From the IMG/VR virus record IMGVR_UViG_3300009678_001574: a stretch of 64,000 bases of DNA. One strand, written 5' to 3'. Below are positions 11,091 through 20,868 of this stretch, one piece after another. This DNA is from a virus. How positions within the stretch are numbered: the first letter of the stretch is position 1; every line of letters begins with the position of its first letter. The position numbers and the translations under genes are program-made. The notes under the pieces were generated by a model that saw nothing but the letters and a program-made list of their open reading frames with translations, had not been told where the DNA came from and made no database searches.

Positions 11091-11480
11091 ATGAAAAGAA
11101 TTCTTAGCACATTAGGTCTGATATTTTTAATTAGTTGCACGGCGTCGGCTGGTGAAAAATCGCAAGTAGAAAAGGATAGTCTAGCTAAACTCAAAACCTT
11201 TGAAGACAACATGGTGCAGATAACAGCACAACAAACCGTTGGCAGGGATGTTAAACTTGAAGTTCTTGAACGCGGCTTCTTTGATAATCATCTATTGGCT
11301 GTAGTGCATTTTCATTTTGTAGAAAAGCCATCAGAAGCAAATCCACAGGCAATGTCAGGACACATATTTTTTATCTTAGGTAGAATGAAGACGACTGAAG
11401 AATGGGTGCCAATGAATAACTTTAGTCGATTAGACGCGCCACCAGATGCTCCGAGTGGAGGAGAGGGAGAAAAGCTTTAA
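11091..11480 (+). CDS. Secreted protein / lipoprotein
   Basis: MKR-hydrophobic-LISC signal peptide. Confidence 0.55.
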   Translation: MKRILSTLGLIFLISCTASAGEKSQVEKDSLAKLKTFEDNMVQITAQQTVGRDVKLEVLERGFFDNHLLAVVHFHFVEKPSEANPQAMSGHIFFILGRMKTTEEWVPMNNFSRLDAPPDAPSGGEGEKL

Positions 11481-11797
11481 TGGCTAACTTCGACGAAATA
11501 CTTACTAAAGGCAAGGGCAAAGTCAAAGGCTCTGGCGGAACTAAAACTAAAAAAGACCAATGGAAAGAACATATTAGTTTGCTCATAACCATTATGACCA
11601 AACTCAATGGTATGTATGGTGCCGATGACAAGCATCATTTTCTAGTAGAACAAGCAAAATGCGGGAAGTGCAACAAGGTAACGTATCTGATTGCTATCAG
11701 GGATATTGAAAACAATAAACAGGTAATCAGATTTCATAATTCTTCTTGGAAGGTGATTAGCAAAGACACCTATCACTGTGATGTGTGCAAGAAGTAA
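11480..11797 (+). CDS. Hypothetical zinc-ribbon protein
   Basis: CGKC and CDVC pairs. Confidence 0.5.
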   Translation: MANFDEILTKGKGKVKGSGGTKTKKDQWKEHISLLITIMTKLNGMYGADDKHHFLVEQAKCGKCNKVTYLIAIRDIENNKQVIRFHNSSWKVISKDTYHCDVCKK

Positions 11798-11807
11798 TGA
11801 GGTTAAA

Positions 11808-12905
11808 GTGAATACTGTATTGGTAGACTTACAGTTAGGCGATTGTGGGAAAGGAAAGATAGCAGATCATTTAATGGAAGAACATGACATATGCGTTAGA
11901 TACTCTGGTGGGCCTAACACCGGAACAACCGTATGGACGAATGGAATTAAATATAAATTACATCATCTCCCTGTTGGACTCTTACGAAACAAGCCGAGCT
12001 ATATAGCACAAACTTGTCTAGTGAATCCTGCCAAGTTGATGAAAGAAATAATTGAATTAAAAGAATTGGGCTTTGATGTGGATAAGAATTTGAAGATTTC
12101 TCCACACTGTCACGTAATTACACAAGAACATATAGAGCGTGATATAGCTAATGAAACGAGCGGCTTAAGTTCTGGCGGCGTTGGTTCGACAAAGCAAGGT
12201 ATATCACCTTGTTCCCAAGACAAATACGCACGCAAGGGAATTCGTTTAGTAGAGCACGGCGGCTTTGAAAAATACTTGGCCGATGTACCACTTGATTTGA
12301 ACCATGCCATCAAACGCGGTAAGAGTATTTTATTTCAAAGCTCACAAGGTACGATGTTGGATATAGACCATGGTAATTATCCGTTTGTTTCTACAACCTC
12401 TAATATTGCCGGTGCAGCAGCTATGGCATGTGGCATAGGCCCACAATATATAAATAAGGTTATTGGTGTGTTTAAGCCCTATCTAACTTATGTTGGTGTG
12501 GGTGAATTCCCAACTGAAATAGCTGATGAGCAAGTTAATGCAACAATAGCAGAACGAGGCTATGAGTATGGAACTACCACAGGCCGTCGGCGTCGTATCG
12601 GTTGGTTAGATTTACCAGCGCTTGCTTATGCCTGTATGATTAACGGAGTACAAGAATTGGCTGTTACCAAGTCTGATGTACTAGAAGATATGCCAGTTCA
12701 ATATAGTGATCGTTGTTTGTTAGAAAATGGCGCATCCATTTATCTGCCATTTGACCATAAATATAAGGCTTGTTTAAAGAATGCTGATAACGTTAGAGAC
12801 CTATTGTATATTGTTACGGAAGACCTCAAGCGTATATACGACTTGGGTATTAGATTAAAATATATTTCCACAGGTAAGAATAGGGAAGAGATGAGGATAC
12901 TATGA
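11808..12905 (+). CDS. purA: Adenylosuccinate synthetase (short form)
   Basis: QLGDCGKGK, R.SGGPNTG.T, G.GSTKQGI, QGTMLDIDHG.YPFV, YGTTTGR.RRIGWLD; GTG start with GAGG RBS. Confidence 0.92.
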   Translation: MNTVLVDLQLGDCGKGKIADHLMEEHDICVRYSGGPNTGTTVWTNGIKYKLHHLPVGLLRNKPSYIAQTCLVNPAKLMKEIIELKELGFDVDKNLKISPHCHVITQEHIERDIANETSGLSSGGVGSTKQGISPCSQDKYARKGIRLVEHGGFEKYLADVPLDLNHAIKRGKSILFQSSQGTMLDIDHGNYPFVSTTSNIAGAAAMACGIGPQYINKVIGVFKPYLTYVGVGEFPTEIADEQVNATIAERGYEYGTTTGRRRRIGWLDLPALAYACMINGVQELAVTKSDVLEDMPVQYSDRCLLENGASIYLPFDHKYKACLKNADNVRDLLYIVTEDLKRIYDLGIRLKYISTGKNREEMRIL

Positions 12906-13192
12906 AGGAATTTGTAGATGCTATGGGTAACTTTGTTGAGATGTCCAAGCAATTAAAAAATAGCAACCCCTACAATAAAAAAAGTAAAAAGAACAGATGG
13001 CTAAAATGTGTTCGCTTACTTGAAGAAGGCTGGACAAGCACCGGCTGTGAAGACTTTGAAGATTCAGATGACCTTATTTTTACTTGGGCAAAAGGCGAAC
13101 AAATTCAAAAAATAAGACTGTCTTTTCTAGAACAAAAATTATGGCTAGAATATTTAGAGAAGAATTGCGGGGAAAAAAATGAGCAACAGTAA
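12902..13192 (+). CDS. Hypothetical protein
   Basis: 96-aa ORF. Confidence 0.5.
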   Translation: MKEFVDAMGNFVEMSKQLKNSNPYNKKSKKNRWLKCVRLLEEGWTSTGCEDFEDSDDLIFTWAKGEQIQKIRLSFLEQKLWLEYLEKNCGEKNEQQ

Positions 13193-13736
13193 TAACAGCA
13201 ATAACGCAAATTGGGTAAATAGCACGTCGGGCAATGTTATAGTTGCTACCGGTACAACTACGAGTAATAATTCAAGTGCAGTAGCAATTGGAAGTAATTC
13301 TGGCTGGTATGTTACACCTTCAACTACCACAGCAGTTGGTGTTATAGGAACTGGCGGTTATCAGCCCTATGGCGGAACGATTTCAATTGGTGGATCAACT
13401 ACTATTAACTATAAGCCTGATCACTATTATATAATGAAGTTGCCAGAAGAAGTTAAAAAGAAAATGCCAGAGAGTATTTACATTAATGGCATGTTGGCAA
13501 GTTTAGGAATGTTTGGTTCTGATGTAGATGTTGCCTTTACAGGACAAGACCTAATATTTCAGTCTGGTGTGTTGCGTGCTTTAACTTTTAACAACAAAGT
13601 TAAAATAGCAATATACTACAAGAAAAAAATATACCATTTCAAGTGCGAGCCAGATGCATTCGGCGGCGGTGTAGCCACTATATCAGAAAACTCCAATATT
13701 ATAATTACCGAATTATTAAGCACGATTGAACGTTAA
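13179..13736 (+). CDS. Hypothetical protein with N/S/T/G-rich low-complexity N-terminus
   Basis: MSNSNNSNNANWVNSTSG...TTT; globular C-terminal half. Confidence 0.6.
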   Translation: MSNSNNSNNANWVNSTSGNVIVATGTTTSNNSSAVAIGSNSGWYVTPSTTTAVGVIGTGGYQPYGGTISIGGSTTINYKPDHYYIMKLPEEVKKKMPESIYINGMLASLGMFGSDVDVAFTGQDLIFQSGVLRALTFNNKVKIAIYYKKKIYHFKCEPDAFGGGVATISENSNIIITELLSTIER

Positions 13737-14994
13737 TGGACATTGGTGTTCGTTTAGCGTATATGGTGATGTTGTCAGCAGATAGAGTATCTATCAAAAA
13801 GATACATCACGAATTAGTTAAAAGCTCCGAATTATTTTACTATCTAGATAAAACAAAATTCGATTGGAGTAACTTTGGACAGCAACGAACTAATACAAAA
13901 AAGGGGCGAAAAGATATTCCTTGATAACACGGAGATAACACCTGAAATAATAAAGTGCGTCTATTTTTTTATGTACTCACACGGCCACCTTTTGGATACC
14001 GAGCACGTCATTCACGATATATACGTTGAGCGACGATATTGGGATCCAGATGAGTGGCCTTCTTCTTTACCGGCGTTAAGCACGATAAGCCTGGAAAATA
14101 TTGCGGCCACCGATTTGTTAATCAAGCATCTTGGCACAAAAGAAAATATAATAATACCCGAAATCAAATTGTTATACCTGCTAGCCCTTGACTATGGCAA
14201 CTTTGACTTGCTAGATTCAATACAACCATCAGAAGACTTATTTGCGCAGCTAGATAGTGTCTTTCCGGATGCCTACCGTTACAACCTTCCCTTCGCGGTT
14301 AAAATGTATCATCGTATAAAAGAAAAGAAACTCTTCAACACGATTAGGTTCAAGTAGGCCTCGTGTTAGTGTATAATCCTCGTATGAAACAAGAATTCAC
14401 CACACAATCTATGAAAATTTCTGATGAAAAAGTCATCCATCGTATATACTGGCAATACTTCCAGTATGGTGTTGTGCCTTCACGTAAGAATATGTTAGGT
14501 CCGGCTCAACGATTGGCTTTCGTAGCTTTGGCTATGTGGTGCTCTACCAGTGGAATTATATTGGATCATTTTCTCGAAGCCTTAGATGATTATGAGTAGA
14601 ATGGATAGTACTATAAGATTTATGTACAAACTAGCGCTACTAGAAAAAATGCGGTTAAAAAGATTTGTATTGCAATATTACGATATTCAGGCAGTATTAA
14701 AACATCAAGATAGATTAATAAAAATAGATTTACCTGATGCTGTTTGTTTCATAGAGGCTTATGGAAGTGGAAAGTAAAGTTAAGTGTTTATATCTAATGA
14801 TACTAGGCGAGCAGTTAGATATAAAGAATTTTTATCGTAAGTGGAAATCGGATTATTATTCAGAGAAGAGCCCTTATTTTAGAAGTGTTAGAGATAGAGT
14901 AAGGCGCATGTGTAATACAAAGTTCTTAGATACGCCGATTAGTTATGTCGATATCGGTAAATTTATTGAAGATAATATAGGGTTTGGTCGATGA
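13736..14994 (+). CDS. First block of hxxhYxxxL-family ORFs (13736-13924, 13875-14357, 14363-14599, 14586-14777, 14761-14994)
   Basis: MDIGVRLAYMVML, PEIIKCVYFFMY, KVIHRIYWQYF, MDSTIRFMYKLAL, ESKVKCLYLMIL. Confidence 0.55.
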
Positions 14995-15593
14995 CAATAT
15001 TATTAGCTATTTTATTAGGTTTAGTATATTCAGAGTTTGTTGGTTATTGGATACATCGTTTATTACATAGTGAGAAGATACCTGCGTTAAGTAAAGACCA
15101 CATGATACATCACCTCAAGCTTTACAGTCCGAAGGGTTCGATGCGGTCAGAAACCTATCTCAGAGCGACTGGGGAGCGGTTTAGCGTGGGAAATATAGGT
15201 GTTGAGTGGTTAGCTCCCTTAGCGGTCGTGATCGGGGCTACAATCGCATTTATGACAGTTTTAAGCATTTCGGTCTTGAGCCAATTTTTGTTCCTCGGTT
15301 CAGCGATACTTTGGGGTATATTTGGATTTAGTTACATACACGACGGGTTACACGTCAGTAACTTTTGGATGCTTAACAACCACTTTATAAATGCTTGGTT
15401 TAAAAAGATAAGACGGCTACACGATATTCATCATACTAAAATAACTAACGACGGCAAGATGCACGTAAACTTTGGCATGTGCTTCTTTATATTAGACCGT
15501 ATATTCGGGACCAAAGCAGAAGTTACGGGGCGCTTTAACGATGCCGGCTATGAAGAGGCAAAGAAGCGTTACTCATTCATAAATAAGGAATAA
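14991..15593 (+). CDS. Fatty-acid hydroxylase / sterol desaturase superfamily membrane enzyme
   Basis: Histidine boxes HRLLH, HMIHH, HDGLH and HDIHH with TM helices; NFG motif. Confidence 0.8.
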   Translation: MTILLAILLGLVYSEFVGYWIHRLLHSEKIPALSKDHMIHHLKLYSPKGSMRSETYLRATGERFSVGNIGVEWLAPLAVVIGATIAFMTVLSISVLSQFLFLGSAILWGIFGFSYIHDGLHVSNFWMLNNHFINAWFKKIRRLHDIHHTKITNDGKMHVNFGMCFFILDRIFGTKAEVTGRFNDAGYEEAKKRYSFINKE

Positions 15594-15597
15594 TCCT

Positions 15598-16110
15598 ATG
15601 GGCAGACCACGGAAGACTAGAATTACCAAAGAACAAATCATTGCTTATCGAGAAGAGAAAAAGATACCTTCTTACAAGCGCAAGAAAGATATTAAACCTG
15701 GACCTTGGACTAATGTAGAAGTTGATTTTCAAGTGGAAGCTAAATTAAGGTTCTCTAAACACGTAATAGAAAAGTTTGGCGAGACCTGTGGTTCCTACAC
15801 CGATGATTCTAACTGGAACGAGAAAGGTTGGTATCCGGTCGTATTTAATATACTTGTCGACGGGCTAGATGAGTTAGTAAAGAAACACGGAGTAGATAAG
15901 GTTCTAGCAGCTTGTGAGAATAGTTTATGTGAGGCTATCGATGCTGAAGGTAAAACCAAATATGGTGATTTGATTATACTTCAGTTAGGCTCCGACAACT
16001 CACAAAACCCAGACCCAGCAAGGCGCTTCTTGTCGTGTCATGGGAAAACTAATAGAAAATTCATTGAGGGCTTTATGGCTAACAGGTCAGGCGAATATAA
16101 AAAGATATGA
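15598..16110 (+). CDS. Hypothetical protein
   Basis: 170-aa ORF with basic N-terminus. Confidence 0.55.
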   Translation: MGRPRKTRITKEQIIAYREEKKIPSYKRKKDIKPGPWTNVEVDFQVEAKLRFSKHVIEKFGETCGSYTDDSNWNEKGWYPVVFNILVDGLDELVKKHGVDKVLAACENSLCEAIDAEGKTKYGDLIILQLGSDNSQNPDPARRFLSCHGKTNRKFIEGFMANRSGEYKKI

Positions 16111-19100
16111 AGCCAGAGATATTTGTAACCTATTTCTTGTTGCTGTCAGGTAAAGGTATAATTGAAAAGGTAAGGGAACAAACTGTTAAAATGATGATGG
16201 AGTATCGTCGCTCGGAAGACCCTGCCATAAGAGTTGCGTATCAAATGTTAGTTCTCGATGCACTCAAAAGGTGTAAGTATAGAGAGGACGATGTCAATAG
16301 GCTATTGAGTATGCCAGAAGACTGGGATAGTTTTATAAGCAATTATAGGTAAATTAATCAACAATTACCTGATTTTAGGAGTTTTTGTGAGACCAACAAT
16401 ACAGATGATAGAGCCAGAGATATACGCAACTTATAGGCTGATACTTGATAATAATATATCACCACAGCGCGCCATAAGACTCTGGGCTGATACCAAAAGC
16501 ACTTATTACGAAAACAATACAGGCCGCGGTAAGTTGAAGATTATTTTAGGCCAATATATACAAGACTTTTGGGCTAAATGTAATACCAAAGAGATGTCAG
16601 AAGATAAGGAAGTAATTGAATTCATAAGGAAATTTCAACCAAAGCCATGGTGGAAACTCTGGTAATGACAACCATAGACGCCAAGGTATATGTCACTTAT
16701 AAGTTGTACTTTGATTGGAATTTTAAACCAAAAGATGTACAACATTACTGTGCTTGGTGGAAGTTTTTAGGTGGAATGGAGCGGTCAAATAGAGATTCGG
16801 TAATCAGTATAACTCAAAGAGCACTATACGAATACTATATGAAGACTCCCTTAGCGCTTCAGAATTTAGACGGAATTGATATAGTAAAGTTCATTCTTAG
16901 ACACCAATTTGATACCACTTGGGCCCGTATAAAAAACATCTTTTGGGGCGTTGGAGCTATTGTATTAAAAACTATATTCGGCGTGTAAGCCATTGAGTAA
17001 AATACATAGCCAACTATTTGATATTGTTGGATAATTTGGAACTTTAAACGAACACTAGGAAAATGAAAGAATTGTATAAAACAACCTGATTTTTACACAA
17101 TCATAAAGGCATTGTAAGTCCTTGATATTATTAGATAATTTCAACTCACTTTATACGGTGGTCTTTCATGAACGAAGCAATCAAAGAAATATACGCGGCA
17201 GCCCTCAAACACAAGAACAAATTGGAGCTACACGACACACACGACGGCGGCTACGAGGTTGAGGTCATACTGAACTTTGAGGAGTTGTCTTACCGCTATC
17301 GATTGCCAAGACCAACTGGAGAACTCAAAGATGAAACGGATTGATGACGAGGTTAGACTTTGTTACATCTTCGTTCTAACAGAAGGACGTATGATGAGGA
17401 ACCACTATGAAGACGACCGCGGTATCTACGTCGCAGTCTTGAACTCGAAGAAGCTACCAATACCTATCGACGTTTACTTATTGGAGAAGAGATGAACTAC
17501 GAACTACAAGATATATACGGCGCTCACTTCAAGGGCTTACGCTTTGAGTTCGTCCAAGCGCGGTATAATGAGTTCCAAGTTACTATCATCGAAGAGCAGG
17601 ACAAAGGCTGGCTAACAAGAACAGTCTTCGGTCTTACGCCAGAAGGAATAGGGCCGCCGCTCTTTATAAGTGAGATGCCATGGCCGAAGTGATGCCCGAC
17701 GAGCTATACGACTTATACCGTTTCGTGCTAGAGGACGGCTGGGTAATAGACCAGCACGAGCTTACGGTATTCTTGAGAGAGCCACTAACAGAAGACTTAG
17801 AACCAGTTGTTGTCTACCTACAACGCTTTACCTATGAGCCAAAGAAATGAGCCTAGATTCAACCTTACTACAGCTACAACAAATCTTTGGTAATAGCATT
17901 CACGCCTTGTACCAATACCACTTCCACAACTATACGTTCCTCCAAGACGGGCTAAAGGTGACTGTCGTATTCCACGAGAACAGCATACCGCATGAGATAA
18001 CCTTGGTAAACCTAGATGTTGGATGAAGGCTTTAAGTGTTTGTACTCGCTCTTATTAACGGGCAAACCAATGGTTACTGATATGATTTGGGACGAGCAGT
18101 TCATACACGTTTTCACCCAGGACGGCTTCATACACTTGGATTTCGTGGCTAGGCGATTAGAGGTCTATGGCACTAGGTTCTACGCAGGCCAACTAATACT
18201 CCCGGCGGCTGGAGACTATTCGATTTCTATTAAGGAGAATTTCTTTGGATAGAGAGATAATGCACACTTATGAGCTGTTCTTAGGGCGCTATATTATTAA
18301 CGACGGACGCATTAACAAGGTAGTTAAATTCCCCTTTTATGCTTGCGGCGGTACTTGTCAATCAGGGATAAGCGGAACTAAAGTTATCTTTTGCACCAGT
18401 TGTAAGTACCCAGAAGGACACTATTGTTATATAGACTACGTAACTGGTATTACCTATGAGACCAGAGACTCATCATTACAAACGCCTTATTGGATATTGG
18501 AGGCTAGGAAGAAGCGTGAAGCTATACCACAAGAAGCGACCTAATCGTTATTATAACTTAAAAGACTTATATATTTTTGTATTCGACGGCTATGAGATAG
18601 AGGAAGCTGAGGTAGTAGAACATTCAAAGACTATAGCTGTTAGTTTCAAATTTCCTAATGAGCCTAGGTGCACAGGAGCGGCTTTCAGGACGGACACACG
18701 AGATGAGCTTGTTAGGAAAGCGTAAGCCTGGAGAGCCCAACACCTTAAAGGACCTATACCGCCACTTACTAGAACAGGGCTTCAAAATAACCGATTATAC
18801 TATCGAACCAAATACTTTATTGATTAATTTAAAGATAACCAAGAAGACTACGTGGGCTATATTGGAGAGATTCGAAACACATCTATGAGCATATTACCTA
18901 AACAAAAAGACCTATTTACCAATACGCCTCATCAATCTGTATTAGGCTTATATAAAGCTGTCTTAATACACAAGCAGCCGGTTAAAGAGGCGATTAATGC
19001 TCTACCTAGTTTCAGTTCTTTTTCTATAGGGTCAGACGGGATAGTAGAGTTGTTTCATATATTCGATATGCGTGCCTATTTTGAACGAACGGGCTACGAT

Positions 19101-19398
19101 ATAACAAAGAACCAATGACTAAAGAACACAAGCAGTTATACCTAAACCTTTTATTGGGCTTTAAGGTGGTAGAATCGAGCTGGATAAGTATTCAGGGCGT
19201 TAGGTATTATAAAGTGAGTGTAACGGGACCAGATTCCATACCACCTCACAATACAACTATTTACTTGTGGAATCCATGACAAACCGATTATTCGATACCA
19301 TTAGGTTGTTAAGAGTCTATAGGGCCGTATTAGAGGAGCAATTACCACTAACAGAAGCTTTGTATTACTATTTACCCGAACTGTCTATATACTTATAA
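16107..19398 (+). CDS. Second block of hxxhYxxxL-family ORFs (16107-16352, 16387-16665, 16665-16988, 17168-17344, 17331-17495, 17492-17692, 17692-17850, 17847-18026, 18016-18252, 18245-18544, ~18520-18725, 18703-18888, 18885-19118, 19115-19279, 19276-19398)
   Basis: Hand translation including sub-60-aa ORFs; mostly overlapping or abutting start/stop junctions, many ATGA overlaps; shared N-terminal Tyr-Leu helix. Confidence 0.6.
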
Positions 19399-19435
19399 AC
19401 ACTTATACAACTGCTATATAAGCAATTATCCACCG

Positions 19436-19460
19436 AGGCCCTTTTTAGGGCCTTTTTTAT
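19436..19460 (+). terminator. Intrinsic terminator closing the AT-rich region
   Basis: aggccc-ttttta-gggcct followed by ttttt. Confidence 0.75.
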
Positions 19461-19504
19461 TTAAATATACCTATAAACCTGCGGTGGCGGTGGGTCTGCA
19501 AAGT

Positions 19505-19730
19505 TTGCATAGTGCGCAATCCGGAATCGCTGGCCTGTATAACCTTTTTGCATATCCCGCAACTTTTGCATACAACGCAGCGGAATGCGGTAGGAAAAGA
19601 TTGCATACCTCGCAAACATTGCACAATCGCCACGAATTGCGGACCCGGAAAAGATTGCATACGTCGCAAAAATTGCATACCGCGCAGGCCAAAACGGCGC
19701 CGAACCACGCAAAAATTGCATACGTCGCAA
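19505..19730. repeat. Array 1 of TTGC-N7-GCAA palindromes
   Basis: Perfect copies at 19505, 19548, 19601, 19655, 19716; imperfect at 19566, 19619, 19673. Confidence 0.9.
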
Positions 19731-19741
19731 GTTTTTTTTTC

Positions 19742-19771
19742 TTGACAACGCACCGCGTCATGCGGCAAAAT
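19742..19771 (+). promoter_or_regulatory. Sigma70-like promoter P1 with palindrome in spacer
   Basis: TTGACA-ACGCACCGCGTCATGCGG(18)-CAAAAT. Confidence 0.6.
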
Positions 19772-19867
19772 GGTCGCACAATCGAGGCAAGGCTAGCGGC
19801 ATGGTGCCGCTAATGCCTCGGGAAAGGTATCTCGCAAAATTTAACGCACCGCGTCGGTCGAATTTGC

Positions 19868-19897
19868 TTGCTAACGCGGTGCGGCATGTGAGATACT
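19868..19897 (+). promoter_or_regulatory. Sigma70-like promoter P2 with palindrome in spacer
   Basis: TTGCTA-ACGCGGTGCGGCATGTGA(18)-GATACT; another copy of the palindrome 30 bp upstream (19844). Confidence 0.5.
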
Positions 19898-19952
19898 TGG
19901 AAAATCAACAACGGGCAAGGCATGACGCCAGGCCCACGAAAGGGAAAGCACA

Positions 19953-20228
19953 ATGAACACCGTCCAGACCAGCACCGTCCCCGCCATCGTCGAGACCCCG
20001 GAGCAGGAGCTCACCCGTCTCCGCGCCGAGAATGAGGCGCTCAAGGCTGTCAAGGCCCAGGGTATCAAGGGCATGAAGGTGAGCGAGAAGGGCGCCTTGT
20101 CCATCTACGGCCTCGGTCGCTTCCCGGTCACGCTGTACCGTAGCCAGTGGGAGGCCCTGCTCGCCAAGGCGGAGGACATCAAGGCCTTCATCGAGGCGAA
20201 CGCGGCGAAGCTCAAAGCCAAGGAGTAG
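19953..20228 (+). CDS. Early protein A; coiled coil plus PC4-like beta module
   Basis: GC-rich codons; KVSEKGALSIYGLGRFPVTLY..QW; fold assignment is inference. Confidence 0.75.
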   Translation: MNTVQTSTVPAIVETPEQELTRLRAENEALKAVKAQGIKGMKVSEKGALSIYGLGRFPVTLYRSQWEALLAKAEDIKAFIEANAAKLKAKE

Positions 20229-20232
20229 CTCA

Positions 20233-20303
20233 GGCCGAAACCTAGGGCGCGCTAGTACAGGCGCCCGATGGTCTACGGGTATGGTGCCCGTACTGAGGAG
20301 GCC
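20233..20303 (+). ncRNA. Hammerhead ribozyme (type II, open stem II); predicted cut after 20273
   Basis: GGCC-GAAAC ... GUC / UACGGG-7nt-CCCGUA (stem I) / CUGAGGA-GGCC; complete CUGANGA, GAAA and GUC core. Confidence 0.9.
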
Positions 20304-20306
20304 GTC

Positions 20307-20546
20307 ATGGAAGGTTTGCACGTCGAGTTGCGCCGTCTGCGCATGAAGCCAGCGCCCATGCCCGTGAGTCCGCGTGAGGCTGTCGAGCCCACGCCTACGC
20401 CTGCCGCCGTCAAGGTGGTCAAGGTGTTCAACTCGGGTAGCGCCGAGGAGCGGAAGTTTGCCGAGAACATGGCGGTTATCGCCACGGCCTACCGCAACGG
20501 GCTCATCACGGAAGCCAAGGCCCAGGAGCTCGCGGCCAGACTGTAG
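20307..20546 (+). CDS. Early protein B
   Basis: GC-rich codons; RBS GAGGAG lies in the hammerhead core. Confidence 0.6.
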   Translation: MEGLHVELRRLRMKPAPMPVSPREAVEPTPTPAAVKVVKVFNSGSAEERKFAENMAVIATAYRNGLITEAKAQELAARL

Positions 20547-20580
20547 GACACACATACACACACACCTATGCGTGTGTGTC

Positions 20581-20645
20581 GGGATGCAAGCTATCACCTC
20601 CGCGTGGTGCATCCTGGGCAGGCATGGTGCCTGGCTAACGATGGC
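20581..20645 (+). ncRNA. HDV-like ribozyme 1; predicted cut between 20580 and 20581
   Basis: P1 GGGAUGC/GCAUCCU (G1.U wobble), P2 GCUAUC/GAUGGC, P3 ACC/GGU, L3 UCCGCGU, P1.1 CC/GG, P4 CAGGCA/UGCCUG, J4/2 GCUAAC with catalytic C20635. Confidence 0.9.
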
Positions 20646-20659
20646 AGAAAGTCACGGTC

Positions 20660-20857
20660 ATGTGTCGTGCGGACATTCGACGCCGCGTGGTAGCGGTGTT
20701 GGCCAACGGGTCTATGGGTCCGGGCGCCTTGCAAGATACGCTCTTCGACTTGGAGAGCCGCGAGGTGGCACGGGAATTGCGCGAGCTTGTGAAGCGCGCC
20801 GCCGTGAAACACAACGGCAAGGTCGGTCGCGGCAGTAGGTATGCCCGCGCCGTGTAG
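20660..20857 (+). CDS. Early protein C, small winged-helix-like
   Basis: VVAVLANG.M....L...L...VARELRELVK..AV...G..R...Y; fold is inference. Confidence 0.6.
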   Translation: MCRADIRRRVVAVLANGSMGPGALQDTLFDLESREVARELRELVKRAAVKHNGKVGRGSRYARAV

Positions 20858-20868
20858 GACATACGCCG

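Noticed and set aside
11808-12905. PurZ (2-aminoadenine / Z-genome) instead of PurA
   Set aside because: The catalytic Asp of the GDxGKG motif is retained (GDCGKG); PurZ has Ser there. No dATPase/MazZ partners were recognised in the window.
13736-19398. Diversity-generating retroelement driving the paralog array
   Set aside because: No reverse transcriptase and no TR/VR pair differing at adenines was seen in the window.
19457-19813. ORFs called on both strands over repeat array 1, and 20933-21246 over array 2
   Set aside because: Their repetitive translations (e.g. KLHTSQ, MQFLR) are by-products of the DNA palindromes; no RBS or coding bias.
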